Source: an uncultured virus (IMG/VR IMGVR_UViG_3300031840_000567) (lineage: Duplodnaviria > Heunggongvirae > Uroviricota > Caudoviricetes). Taken from it: DNA of 64,000 bases. Positions 9,627-18,698 of the stretch are shown here, piece by piece; within the stretch, counting starts at the first letter, position 1; each line of letters begins with the position of its first letter. The notes under the pieces are model-generated. The model was given only the letters and a program-made list of their open reading frames with translations, did not search any database and had not been told where the DNA came from. The stretch lies in IMG/VR virus record IMGVR_UViG_3300031840_000567. The stretch is one strand, 5' to 3'. Made by a program: the position numbers and the translations under genes.

Positions 9627-10048
9627 GAATAATAATCTTTTTTATAATAACGACCCAAGATATTACTATTGTAATACTTGGGGTCACCGTTTTCAAGAGA
9701 TTCTGTTAGGACAGAATGGACAAATAATTGTTTGGTTTCTTCGTAGTTAACTTTACCCTTTGTTAATTGTAACGAAAGTATTTCTCGTTTGAAGGAACTA
9801 TTTCCAAGTCCACGGCGGTCCCGATTAAGTTCGTCAGAGCTTCCGTAGTATCTTTTCCAGTCGCTCTCACTCTTAACTCGCCTACCTCCACCTCTAGGCT
9901 TTCGTAGTTGGTGAAAGTACTTCCTACCGATGTATTGCCTACCTGATTCGAGATTAGTAATCCGGTAGACAAAACCGACAAACTCACCAATGTTCTCAGA
10001 TAAAAAAGGTTGTCCTTCAAAAATCCAGGGGTTTTCATAATCAACCAT
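9602..10048 (-). CDS. GIY-YIG family nuclease-like protein
   Basis: GFVYRITN...RQYIGRK, YYGSS, FKREIL, YYNSNI. Confidence 0.75.
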   Translation of the reverse strand: MVDYENPWIFEGQPFLSENIGEFVGFVYRITNLESGRQYIGRKYFHQLRKPRGGGRRVKSESDWKRYYGSSDELNRDRRGLGNSSFKREILSLQLTKGKVNYEETKQLFVHSVLTESLENGDPKYYNSNILGRYYKKDYYSWPNIEET

Positions 10049-10075
10049 GATGTATTTAAACTACATTATATAGTC

Positions 10076-11734
10076 TCAGTTGTTCATGAATTCATCAATG
10101 ATCTCAACAATCTGAGCACCAGTGAGTTGCATCATGATCTCTTCTGCTTCCTCTACACTCTCAATGAGGTTGTTCTCACTGAGAAAAGCAAGGATTACAT
10201 CATAGTGACTAACATCTTCAAAGTGAGGGTTCTTCTGACCCTTCACTTTATCCATATCCTTACGAGCCTTCTCGTTATTCTCCTGACGCTTCTTCATATC
10301 TGTTTCCAGATACTGGGGATGGTCATCTACTTTCATGCCACGCTTCTTCTCAAGGCGTTCCTTTCTCTCCTTAGTACCCTTTTCAGAATCCTTATCCCTA
10401 ATACCTTCTAACAATTTACCTTCTGGTTCGTAACCAGCCGTTTGAGTGGTTGGTTTAGCTTTTACTCTTTTTGGTTCTGGACCAATCCAAGGAGGTAAGA
10501 AAACACCTTGCTTTTTACTCTTGTCTCTCGCATCTTTCATACGCTCATTATGACTCTTGGGAACCATAGGATCTTGATTAGGTGATACACCATATGGTGC
10601 TTCCGAGAGATCCTCTTCCTTTACACAGTTAGGAACTTCCTTACCGTTCTTTTTCTTAGTACCCTTTGCCTTGTAACCATCCCAACAGGTAGAAGCACCA
10701 ACATTCTCGCGGGCTTTCTTCAAACTTTCAAAGACACTGCCCTCAAGCATGGGGTTTTTTGTCTTTGGCTTTAACTGATTACCAAACTTTGCCTTGGATG
10801 CAGCCATACCAAACTTCGCTGCAGCACTACCTGATTTTTTTCCACCAGGTTGATTTCTTAAACGGTCATACTCGGCGTTGCTTGCAGTATCTTTCGCAGA
10901 AAGTGCAGGTTTTGCTTTAGGTGCAGGTGAAGGACTGGATGTAGAAGAAGATGATGAAGAAGATGATGAAGGATTCATTCTAGAATCACCTTTCATTTGT
11001 TGTCTAGTTTTTGCCTGCTGTTCTGCTGCCTTCTGTCTCATCTGTTCTGGTGTAGGACCAGAAGGACTAGTTTTAGTTGCTGATTGGTCTCCGTAGACCT
11101 TACCTTTCTTCATGTCATCAGGACGGTCTTTATCAGGGATAGTTGGAAGTGATGCGTCTCCGTAGACCTTACCTTTCTTCATGTCAGCAGGACGGTCTTT
11201 ATCAGGGATTGTTTTTGATGAAGTATTTTTTCTGGTAAACAGATTTTTGATCGCTGTACCAAGCTTGCGAAGTTCTGGTCCTTCAGAAAGATGCATTACA
11301 ATCGCCTTCGCTTGCCTCTTCTCAGTAGACTGAAGGTTCTCATGCAAGCGGGGGTTTACTGCCTTCAGAGCAGAGATAAACTCATACCCAACCATCTCGG
11401 GAGGAAATGCCTCTACAATATTATCAATAAGTCTAGAGTTCTCGTATCCTTCTTCGATTAGAATCTCTGCAATATAGAGATACTGTTCAGCAAATACAGG
11501 ATTCATAGCCTGCAGTCTCTTCAGATAGAAAGACTCGGATGTACACTTATCTGTTTTCTTCTTCTTACTACCAGGAGAATACTTACCTAGCATTAGACGC
11601 TTATCAATTTGGTCTTGCGTCTCTTTTTTCTTGCCTTTAGCAGCGTCCATACGAGCTGCGCCTTTTGGATCAATTGCCTCAGAAGTAATCTGAGCATAAG
11701 AATCCGCAAGTTTGTTAAGATCAGAGGAAAGCAT
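10076..11734 (-). CDS. Large low-complexity late protein, probable virion-internal protein
   Basis: TATAAATA at 11761-11768 upstream; Lys/Glu/Ser-rich; internal 23-aa tandem repeat; CWDGYK...VPNCV module. Confidence 0.7.
   Translation of the reverse strand: MLSSDLNKLADSYAQITSEAIDPKGAARMDAAKGKKKETQDQIDKRLMLGKYSPGSKKKKTDKCTSESFYLKRLQAMNPVFAEQYLYIAEILIEEGYENSRLIDNIVEAFPPEMVGYEFISALKAVNPRLHENLQSTEKRQAKAIVMHLSEGPELRKLGTAIKNLFTRKNTSSKTIPDKDRPADMKKGKVYGDASLPTIPDKDRPDDMKKGKVYGDQSATKTSPSGPTPEQMRQKAAEQQAKTRQQMKGDSRMNPSSSSSSSSSTSSPSPAPKAKPALSAKDTASNAEYDRLRNQPGGKKSGSAAAKFGMAASKAKFGNQLKPKTKNPMLEGSVFESLKKARENVGASTCWDGYKAKGTKKKNGKEVPNCVKEEDLSEAPYGVSPNQDPMVPKSHNERMKDARDKSKKQGVFLPPWIGPEPKRVKAKPTTQTAGYEPEGKLLEGIRDKDSEKGTKERKERLEKKRGMKVDDHPQYLETDMKKRQENNEKARKDMDKVKGQKNPHFEDVSHYDVILAFLSENNLIESVEEAEEIMMQLTGAQIVEIIDEFMNN
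11087..11209. repeat. Intragenic direct repeat, 2 x 54 bp (69-bp period, 1 mismatch)
   Basis: 11087-11140 versus 11156-11209; encodes IPDKDRP(A/D)DMKKGKVYGD twice. Confidence 0.9.
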
Positions 11735-11760
11735 TTCTCTTCAACATATTCCAGTAGAAT

Positions 11761-11768
11761 TATTTATA
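11761..11768 (-). promoter_or_regulatory. T4-type late promoter TATAAATA
   Basis: Exact match 27 nt upstream of the 11734 start. Confidence 0.75.
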
Positions 11769-11773
11769 AGCAT

Positions 11774-11824
11774 AAAAAAAGAGGGTTACCTGACTGTGAC
11801 CAGGACCCTCTGCGGCGACGATAT
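11774..11824 (-). ncRNA. Candidate ~50-nt late small RNA ending in an intrinsic terminator (also the nrdB terminator)
   Basis: TATAAATA (11829-11836), then ATATCGTCGCCGC, an AGAGGGT...ACCCTCT stem with inner CCTG/CAGG pairing, and a T-run. Confidence 0.45.
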
Positions 11825-11831
11825 ACTTTAT

Positions 11832-13022
11832 TTATAGTTGGAACCCGGCGAAGGTATCTTTCTTCACATCCTGCTTGATACCACCAACGATGTAAGACTC
11901 AACCTCTGTCTCCTGAGGTGCTACCTGAAGACCCTTAGAAGAGGTCCAATGAGTAGTCCAGGGCAGTGGGTTATTCTTAGCAGCAATGTCATAGATAGGA
12001 TCAAGACCAATCGCTTTCATACGACGGTTAGCTACCCATTCAACATACTGGGATAGAAGTTTCTCATTCAGACCAATCATAGATCCGTCTTTGAACAGAT
12101 ACTCTGCCCATTGCTTCTCTTGTCCAACAGCTTCCTTAAAGGTATCAATCAACCAGGTCTTTTCTTCCCTAGCAATTTGTTGCATGTCTGAATCATCACC
12201 TTTCGCCCAGTTGTTGAGGATGTTTTGAGTAATGACAAGATGGAGGTTTTCGTCTCTTGCGATGAGAGAGATAATTTTAGCGGATCCTTCCATAAGCTTG
12301 AGTTCACCAAACGCAAACGAGCAAGCGAACGAGACATAGAACCTGATACCTTCGAGAATATTGACATTTGCTACCGCACGGAAAAGTTTTCTTTTAAGTT
12401 CATAACGATTTTCTCTAAATGATCCGGCACCTTCTTGTGCATGCTGCCAATCATTACTACCACCGTACTGTTGAGCAGCATTGATGAACTCATCATATGC
12501 CTGTGTAATCGATCTAGCCCGTTCTAAAATCCTTTCATCATGAATGATAGTATCAAAGATCTCTGAGGGATCACTATAAACATTCTTGATAATATATGTG
12601 TAAGATCTACTATGAATCATCTCCATGAACTGCCAAGCATTCATACATGCTTCCAATTCAGGAAGAGAACAGTAAGGACTGAACGCCATACCAGGACCAC
12701 GACCTTGAATAGAATCAAGCATGATCTGATACTTTAAGTTAGAAGTATAGATATGCTTTTGTTCTGGACGAAGTAGTTGATAATCACCACGATCTTTTTG
12801 TAAAGAAATCTCCTCAGGTCTCCAAAAGTATCCTAGTTGTTGAGTAGTCAGGCGATCAAATACAGGATACTTATACGAATCATATCTCTGAATTCCAAGA
12901 GGAGAACCAAAAAACATTGGTTGTTTTTTGGTTTCATGATCGTTCGTATTAAAAACTGTCATTCCTTGCACACTTGTTTTAGGCATGGTGTCAGCGTTAG
13001 TTCTAAATTGCACAGGCGTCAC
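11832..13022 (-). CDS. nrdB: Ribonucleotide reductase class Ia beta subunit
   Basis: FWRPEEISL, LDSIQGR, EMIHSRSY, LEGIRFYVSF, RDENLH, VAPQETE. Confidence 0.97.
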   Translation of the reverse strand: MTPVQFRTNADTMPKTSVQGMTVFNTNDHETKKQPMFFGSPLGIQRYDSYKYPVFDRLTTQQLGYFWRPEEISLQKDRGDYQLLRPEQKHIYTSNLKYQIMLDSIQGRGPGMAFSPYCSLPELEACMNAWQFMEMIHSRSYTYIIKNVYSDPSEIFDTIIHDERILERARSITQAYDEFINAAQQYGGSNDWQHAQEGAGSFRENRYELKRKLFRAVANVNILEGIRFYVSFACSFAFGELKLMEGSAKIISLIARDENLHLVITQNILNNWAKGDDSDMQQIAREEKTWLIDTFKEAVGQEKQWAEYLFKDGSMIGLNEKLLSQYVEWVANRRMKAIGLDPIYDIAAKNNPLPWTTHWTSSKGLQVAPQETEVESYIVGGIKQDVKKDTFAGFQL

Positions 13023-15294
13023 ACTCCTCTTCTTTAGTTAGACTGTTTAATAGCGTATTGAGATCTGGTTTCTCTTCTTCTACATCATCATTCTTGTTGT
13101 CGTAAGTGTTCTGATAATAGCTAGTCTTCCAACCGTACTTATATGTAGTCAGGAGATCATTTGCCATCACAGAAACGGGGACCTCGTTGTCCTTATAGTT
13201 CTCTGGATTGTAGCTCCAGTTACCAGAAATTGCCTGATCAAAGAATTTCTGCATCACGGCGACGATCTTAATATAACCTTCATTAGATTCCATATCCCAG
13301 AGAAGGGTATAATGAGATTTGTGAGTATTATACTGGGGGACAATCTGCTTAAGAGGTCCTTTCTTGGACTTCTTAACGGACAAGTATCCACGAGGAGGCT
13401 CGATTCCATTGGTAGCGTTTGACACAACGGAACTACTCTCCGAAGGCATCTGTGCGGACAATGTTGAGTTCCTAAGACCATAGGATACGATAGATTCTCT
13501 GAGACTTTCCCAATCATACTTCAGGTTATGAGGTACAATACCATCTACTTCTGTCTTATATGTATCAATGGGAAGAATACCAGAAGAATACTTAGTCCTA
13601 TCAAAATACCCACAAGGTTCTAGTTCTTTGGCAAGCTGATTAGACGATTTCAGTAGATAGTATTGGAAAGCTTCTGTAAGGTCGTGGACAAGATTCCATG
13701 CTTCAGGACTATCATACCCTACCTTATTCCGTGCAAGATAATGTGCGAGACCAATAAATCCAACGCCCAAAGAACGACGGTTCTTAGTACCGATTTCAGC
13801 AGCCTTAACAGGATAACCTTGGAAATCAATCAGTGCATCCAATCCACGAACAGAAAGATCACACAGTTCTTCCAATTCATCTAAGTTACGAAGCTTGCCA
13901 ATGTTGATAGCAGAAAGAATACAGAGAGCAATCTCTCCATTAGGATCATCAATATGCTGAAGAGGTTTGGTTGGGAGAGTAATTTCCTGACATAAATTAC
14001 TCATCTCTACCTTGTCTTTAAAGGATGAGTGAGTGTTGCAGTGATCGATATTCATAATGTAAATACGACCAGTCTCTGCTCTCTCTTTGAGAAGACTTAA
14101 GAATAGCTCCTGAGCCGATACAGTTTGTCTCGGAATAGATCTATCTGATTCATAGTCCACATAGCAAGCGTCAAATGCATCAGTACCAAAAGCATCATAC
14201 AGACCCGGAACATCATGAGGACTGAAGAGTGTGATTTGTCCATTGGAGATAAATCTTTCGTAAAAAAGTTTACTGATCTGAATACTATAATCCAGTTTAC
14301 GAACGCGATTATCTTCAGTGCCTTTATTATTTTTCAAGACAATTATGTCTTGGATTTCTTTATGCCAGATAGGAAAGTGAACTGTAGCAGAACCACCTCT
14401 GATACCGTTTTGTGTACAGCATCTGACAGTTGATTCAAACTTTTTAAGGAAGGGGACAACACCTGTGTGTTGTACCTCGCCGTCTCTAATCTTAGAATTG
14501 ATGCCACGAATTCTGCCTGCGTTAATACCGATACCAGCCCTTTGTGCGACATATTTACCAATAGCCATATCGCTGCTAAAGATACTATCGAGGGTGTCAT
14601 CAACATCAACGAGAACACAAGATGCAAATTGACGCAGGGGTGTCCGCACTCCTCCCATGATTGGCGTTGGGATGTTGATTTTGTGCTTGCTGATTGCTTC
14701 GTAGTACCTTCTGACATAATCTAACCGTACATCCTTTGGGTATTCAGCGAACACAGTTGCAGCAATCATCATGTACATGAATTGAGGAGTTTCATAAACT
14801 TCCCCAGCACTACGATCTTGCACTAAGTATTTATCCACAACCTGCCTAAGTCCAGCATATGTAAATAACATGTCCCGTTCATGGTCGATGAAGGAGTCCA
14901 TCTTTTCAATCTCATCATCACTATAGTGAGTGAAGAAATATTTGTCGTAGATTCCTCTAAGGACACATTGCTGGGCATGATCACCTAGGGAAGGATGCTC
15001 ATGCATACGACCCCACAATTGCTTCCTCAGAGCGAACAGAAGCAGTCTAGCTGCGACGAATTGATAGTTGGGGTTGTCTAGATCAATAAGATCGGAAGCA
15101 GAGCGAATTAGGATCTCCTGAATCTCTGCTGTTGTTATGCCGTCATAGAATTGAATACCAGAATTGATTTCAATCTGGGACGCAGAAACACTGGCAAGAT
15201 CCTTACATGCCTCTTCTACCATCTTATGCATCTTGTTTAGATCAAGAACCTCTAACACTCCTGATCTCTTACGAACCTTAGTTCCGTTGGTCAT
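13003..15294 (-). CDS. nrdA: Ribonucleotide reductase class Ia alpha subunit
   Basis: ATP-cone N-terminus, QFASCVL, SNLCQEI, MPSESSS, C-terminal CDAC. Start set at MTNGTKV (ATGA overlap). Confidence 0.97.
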   Translation of the reverse strand: MTNGTKVRKRSGVLEVLDLNKMHKMVEEACKDLASVSASQIEINSGIQFYDGITTAEIQEILIRSASDLIDLDNPNYQFVAARLLLFALRKQLWGRMHEHPSLGDHAQQCVLRGIYDKYFFTHYSDDEIEKMDSFIDHERDMLFTYAGLRQVVDKYLVQDRSAGEVYETPQFMYMMIAATVFAEYPKDVRLDYVRRYYEAISKHKINIPTPIMGGVRTPLRQFASCVLVDVDDTLDSIFSSDMAIGKYVAQRAGIGINAGRIRGINSKIRDGEVQHTGVVPFLKKFESTVRCCTQNGIRGGSATVHFPIWHKEIQDIIVLKNNKGTEDNRVRKLDYSIQISKLFYERFISNGQITLFSPHDVPGLYDAFGTDAFDACYVDYESDRSIPRQTVSAQELFLSLLKERAETGRIYIMNIDHCNTHSSFKDKVEMSNLCQEITLPTKPLQHIDDPNGEIALCILSAINIGKLRNLDELEELCDLSVRGLDALIDFQGYPVKAAEIGTKNRRSLGVGFIGLAHYLARNKVGYDSPEAWNLVHDLTEAFQYYLLKSSNQLAKELEPCGYFDRTKYSSGILPIDTYKTEVDGIVPHNLKYDWESLRESIVSYGLRNSTLSAQMPSESSSVVSNATNGIEPPRGYLSVKKSKKGPLKQIVPQYNTHKSHYTLLWDMESNEGYIKIVAVMQKFFDQAISGNWSYNPENYKDNEVPVSVMANDLLTTYKYGWKTSYYQNTYDNKNDDVEEEKPDLNTLLNSLTKEEECDACAI

Positions 15295-16259
15295 ACCTTC
15301 TTCCACTCTGTAAATTTAACTTGTGCTTCTAGACCTGAGTATGTATGTGATTCTACCACATCCTTTACATTAATGCCACTCAATGACATATCATTCAAGT
15401 CTTTTTCTTTAATTCTGCTTGGCCAGATGACGACTTTCTCGCCTCTAGATATAGCTCTTCCGATGCGTCCAACAATCTCGCCATTACGGGGCTCGTTATC
15501 AAAAGCATAAACGCAATCGCTTCCCTCAAGACAACTAAGGTCACCGTCAGCGCCACACAGAGCCACACTATTGTTGAGGAAAGTGCTGTCAAAGGGTCCT
15601 TCAACCACATAGACTGGTAGGTCTTTATTGATTGTGTCAATTCCATAAATTTTGGGTGCATTGTCATCGAGCATTACAGTGATGTATTTAACCTTACTAG
15701 AACCTAGAGCTCTACCCTGAAACCCAATTAAGTTACGATTATAAAACAAAGGAATTACAATGCGAGACTCTTCACTAGTAGTGCTTGTAAAAACTTCCTT
15801 ATATGAGTTAGCAAAGGACTTAAACTTTTCCGCAAAATAAAATTTGGTAGGGTCGATTCCACGCTTTTGTAGATAGGTTCTACCAACTTCCACCTCACTG
15901 CATAGAGGAAGAGTGATACTGGATTGGAATGTAGGTTTTTCAAAAACGAATGTAGGTTCCTCAGTGGTAAAAGTTTTTCCAGTAAATCCTTCTTTGAATT
16001 TTTCTATGGCATACTTCTTTTGAAGAGTCGTATCGATCTTCTTTAAAAAGTTATTAAACGACATTGAAGCACCACAATTGTGACACTTAAAATTAGTGTT
16101 GTTCTTTACTGAATAGATATACCCACGCGCTTTATTCTTATAGCGTTGAGAATCTCCACAAATTGGGCAACGAAAGTTATAGAGGTCTGCCTTTACCCTC
16201 TTAAACTTACTAAGTCTCGCTGATACTAGACCAATATACTTAGAATCAATTAGGTCCAT
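15291..16259 (-). CDS. gp61: DNA primase
   Basis: CPICGDS...CHNC Zn finger, FQGRAL, VEGPFDS, DNEPRN TOPRIM. Confidence 0.95.
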   Translation of the reverse strand: MDLIDSKYIGLVSARLSKFKRVKADLYNFRCPICGDSQRYKNKARGYIYSVKNNTNFKCHNCGASMSFNNFLKKIDTTLQKKYAIEKFKEGFTGKTFTTEEPTFVFEKPTFQSSITLPLCSEVEVGRTYLQKRGIDPTKFYFAEKFKSFANSYKEVFTSTTSEESRIVIPLFYNRNLIGFQGRALGSSKVKYITVMLDDNAPKIYGIDTINKDLPVYVVEGPFDSTFLNNSVALCGADGDLSCLEGSDCVYAFDNEPRNGEIVGRIGRAISRGEKVVIWPSRIKEKDLNDMSLSGINVKDVVESHTYSGLEAQVKFTEWKKV

Positions 16260-16267
16260 TCATCAGA

Positions 16268-16651
16268 CTAGGTGCCTGGTATCATTTTAGCAGGTGGTTC
16301 TCTATCCGTCAAGATATTTGCAATAACTCTAGATCCAACTGGGGATATCAAGACACTGATGACAGCAAAAGCTCCTGCAACGCTCCACATTTTCTTCTCT
16401 AGAATCCTCAGTCTTTCATCGATAAGACGAATGTCTCTTTCACATCCTTTCTTAATTGATGTGGTTTCTCTTTTTATATCTTCAGACAGTCTATCTAACT
16501 TCTCAAAGAGAATTGCATCAACTTTATCTTGTGTATCTAATTTTTCATTATGAACAGCAAGAAGTTTACCCATCTGGGTAGAATTTTCTTGGAGAGAATC
16601 AACTACTCTTTCTAATCTTTCTAGGATTGCAGAGTTTATCTGATTATCCAT
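16268..16651 (-). CDS. Conserved coiled-coil protein with C-terminal hydrophobic helix
   Basis: LLAVHNEKL...LEKKMWSVAGAFAVISVL. Confidence 0.7.
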   Translation of the reverse strand: MDNQINSAILERLERVVDSLQENSTQMGKLLAVHNEKLDTQDKVDAILFEKLDRLSEDIKRETTSIKKGCERDIRLIDERLRILEKKMWSVAGAFAVISVLISPVGSRVIANILTDREPPAKMIPGT

Positions 16652-16856
16652 TTTTTTTAGTGCGATCTTTCATCCACCTTTTTCTTGAGCCTCTGCCCAA
16701 GTATACATGCTTACCAGCAACCGGACCTTTAGGGTCGGAAGTATTAGAAAATCCACCAGATTGACCAACTGCATTAGCAGCCATCATTTCTTCTACAATA
16801 GTTATAATTTTTTTTAAGCGACGATCCATTAGACTGCTCTTAGCTGTTCTAGGCAA
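16644..16856 (-). CDS. Small hypothetical protein
   Basis: ORF; likely start MDRRLKK; GRGSRKRW. Confidence 0.6.
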   Translation of the reverse strand: MPRTAKSSLMDRRLKKIITIVEEMMAANAVGQSGGFSNTSDPKGPVAGKHVYLGRGSRKRWMKDRTKKNG

Positions 16857-17200
16857 TAATCATCATCAGTAATACTATTTAGTTCCGTGCGAGGGAATTC
16901 AGGAACTCTACCAAGATATGTCAAAAAGCTTTTGGTACACGACCAAAGTTCTTTATCCAATTTAAAATATAAAAGGGGAACTCCAGCGTCACCAAAAACA
17001 TTAAAAAGGACTATGAAGTGGTTTAGAATAAGGTGAGTTCTTAGCTCACCACTATTCTTATACCTCTTCAATAGTCTTTTTATGTACTTAATTCTTTTAA
17101 GATCATCATAGAAATCATCCTCAGTGACTGCTTGAGGATTATCATAATTCTTAATTGCAAAAAGGAGATAGTTGCTATCGTTCAATTCATGGAATTTCAT
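16829..17200 (-). CDS. Conserved T4-like cyanophage hypothetical protein
   Basis: FAIKNYDNP, DLKRIKYIKRLL, LILNHFIVLFNVFG. Confidence 0.8.
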   Translation of the reverse strand: MKFHELNDSNYLLFAIKNYDNPQAVTEDDFYDDLKRIKYIKRLLKRYKNSGELRTHLILNHFIVLFNVFGDAGVPLLYFKLDKELWSCTKSFLTYLGRVPEFPRTELNSITDDDYCLEQLRAV

Positions 17201-17208
17201 TCACTCAA

Positions 17209-17712
17209 TTATTCATCTGTAGGATAAGCAATTCCGTTAGCACCAGTTTGAATACCAGACTGAGCAACAAGAACTTCGCTCTTGACTCTCAGATTACCGT
17301 GCATATCAATATAAGTGGTAACACCAACCCATCCATGATGAGCAACAGCATATGAACCAGAAGTATCTGTGGAAATACCATAGACTAAAGAATCTGCCTC
17401 AGATCTTTCTTCTTGATATACACTGTCCTTAACAGTATACATTGGTAGTTCACTGATACCATAAGCAGTAGCGGCAATGCTAACTGCACTAAGTCCAGCG
17501 GTAGAATCGATGGTAAGAATTCGGTCACTGGTGATGCCACTGATAACAGCGTCACCATAATATGTACCAACGCCACCACGGGTTCCAACCCGAATTACTT
17601 GACCAACTTCAACATCGGTTGTAAAAGTGGTCCCAGTACCAGTTACAGTATTACCACTAACTGCAACAGTACCAAAGGTTTGAATATTGTCGTTAAGACC
17701 CCAGAGAGCCAT
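17209..17712 (-). CDS. Putative virion structural protein
   Basis: MALWG start, Gly/Thr-rich beta content, HHGWVG...RVKSEVLVA; TATAAATA at 17746-17753. Confidence 0.7.
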   Translation of the reverse strand: MALWGLNDNIQTFGTVAVSGNTVTGTGTTFTTDVEVGQVIRVGTRGGVGTYYGDAVISGITSDRILTIDSTAGLSAVSIAATAYGISELPMYTVKDSVYQEERSEADSLVYGISTDTSGSYAVAHHGWVGVTTYIDMHGNLRVKSEVLVAQSGIQTGANGIAYPTDE

Positions 17713-17755
17713 GTTCTTACACCCGAACTACAGTTTTCATACAATTATTTATAAC

Positions 17756-17959
17756 TCACGCATCCTCGCGGGTTTTGATAGCCTTGGTGACAACTTCAAG
17801 TAGTTGATCATCCATGTCAGTCTTCGTTAGCTTAACTGCTTTAGCAAGAATAACAAGACAGATCTCAACCATCTTCTCACCGAGTTCTTCATTATCTGGA
17901 ATTTTATTGACAGCATCAGAAATAATTTTTGATGCCAAGGGAAGTAAAAAAGAAAGCAT
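17756..17959 (-). CDS. Conserved small hypothetical protein
   Basis: AVKLTKTDMDDQLL motif. Confidence 0.7.
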   Translation of the reverse strand: MLSFLLPLASKIISDAVNKIPDNEELGEKMVEICLVILAKAVKLTKTDMDDQLLEVVTKAIKTREDA

Positions 17960-17990
17960 TATTTGAGAAGCGAACTTCTCTTATATAGGC

Positions 17991-18674
17991 TTAATCTTTT
18001 TCTTTTTTCTTCTTAGTATCAATGATTGCTTTATCGCCATACTTAGCACGGATCTTTGCTTTCACAACATCCATGGCAGAAGGTCCATCAGAAGAACGCT
18101 TCTTCTTACCAAAGGTATTAGGTTTACCTGGTGCCTTATTGTAACGGTTGTTGCCATCAACTCCACCGCGCTCCATGCGACGGTCTCTCAAAGAATCTTC
18201 GGTTTCCTCAACATTCAATGTCTTAGGATAATCCTTATCACCCTTCTTAGCAGGCTTTTCGCCACGCTTACGCTTAGCATGGATGTTTGCCCAGAGTCCT
18301 TTCTTCTCTTCTTGAATATCAGGATTAATAGTTACTTTATTTTTTACAGACTTCTCTGAAATTTCTACTTCTTTTTCGTCTGAGGTCGTAGCTTTCTCAG
18401 ACTTATAAAGCTTTTTTTCGGTTAATTCCGCTACTCTCTCACGGAGAGATAATTCAACCTGCTCTTTCTTTACTCTCTGTGCCTTATCAGCAGCAATAGC
18501 AGCACCGACAGACTTACGACGGTTTCTTAAATAAGAATCAGACTTAGTATTCTTCTTACCATCATTGTCAACATCATCATCTTCCATACCTACAGGATCA
18601 AGTTTTTCCATAAAAACATTTGCCATGCTATTAAGCATGATCTGATCGGCTGTATCTTCAATAAAATTTTTCAT
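17991..18674 (-). CDS. Charged late protein, probable virion-internal protein
   Basis: TATAAATA at 18707-18714; LDPVG.EDDDVDNDG and GLWANIHAKRKRG modules. Confidence 0.7.
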   Translation of the reverse strand: MKNFIEDTADQIMLNSMANVFMEKLDPVGMEDDDVDNDGKKNTKSDSYLRNRRKSVGAAIAADKAQRVKKEQVELSLRERVAELTEKKLYKSEKATTSDEKEVEISEKSVKNKVTINPDIQEEKKGLWANIHAKRKRGEKPAKKGDKDYPKTLNVEETEDSLRDRRMERGGVDGNNRYNKAPGKPNTFGKKKRSSDGPSAMDVVKAKIRAKYGDKAIIDTKKKKEKD

Positions 18675-18698
18675 CGATCCTGAAAGCTCAGCAGTCTC

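Noticed and set aside
9602..10048. GIY-YIG gene as a mobile homing endonuclease
   Set aside because: It is only 148 aa with no evident DNA-binding extension; mobility cannot be supported.
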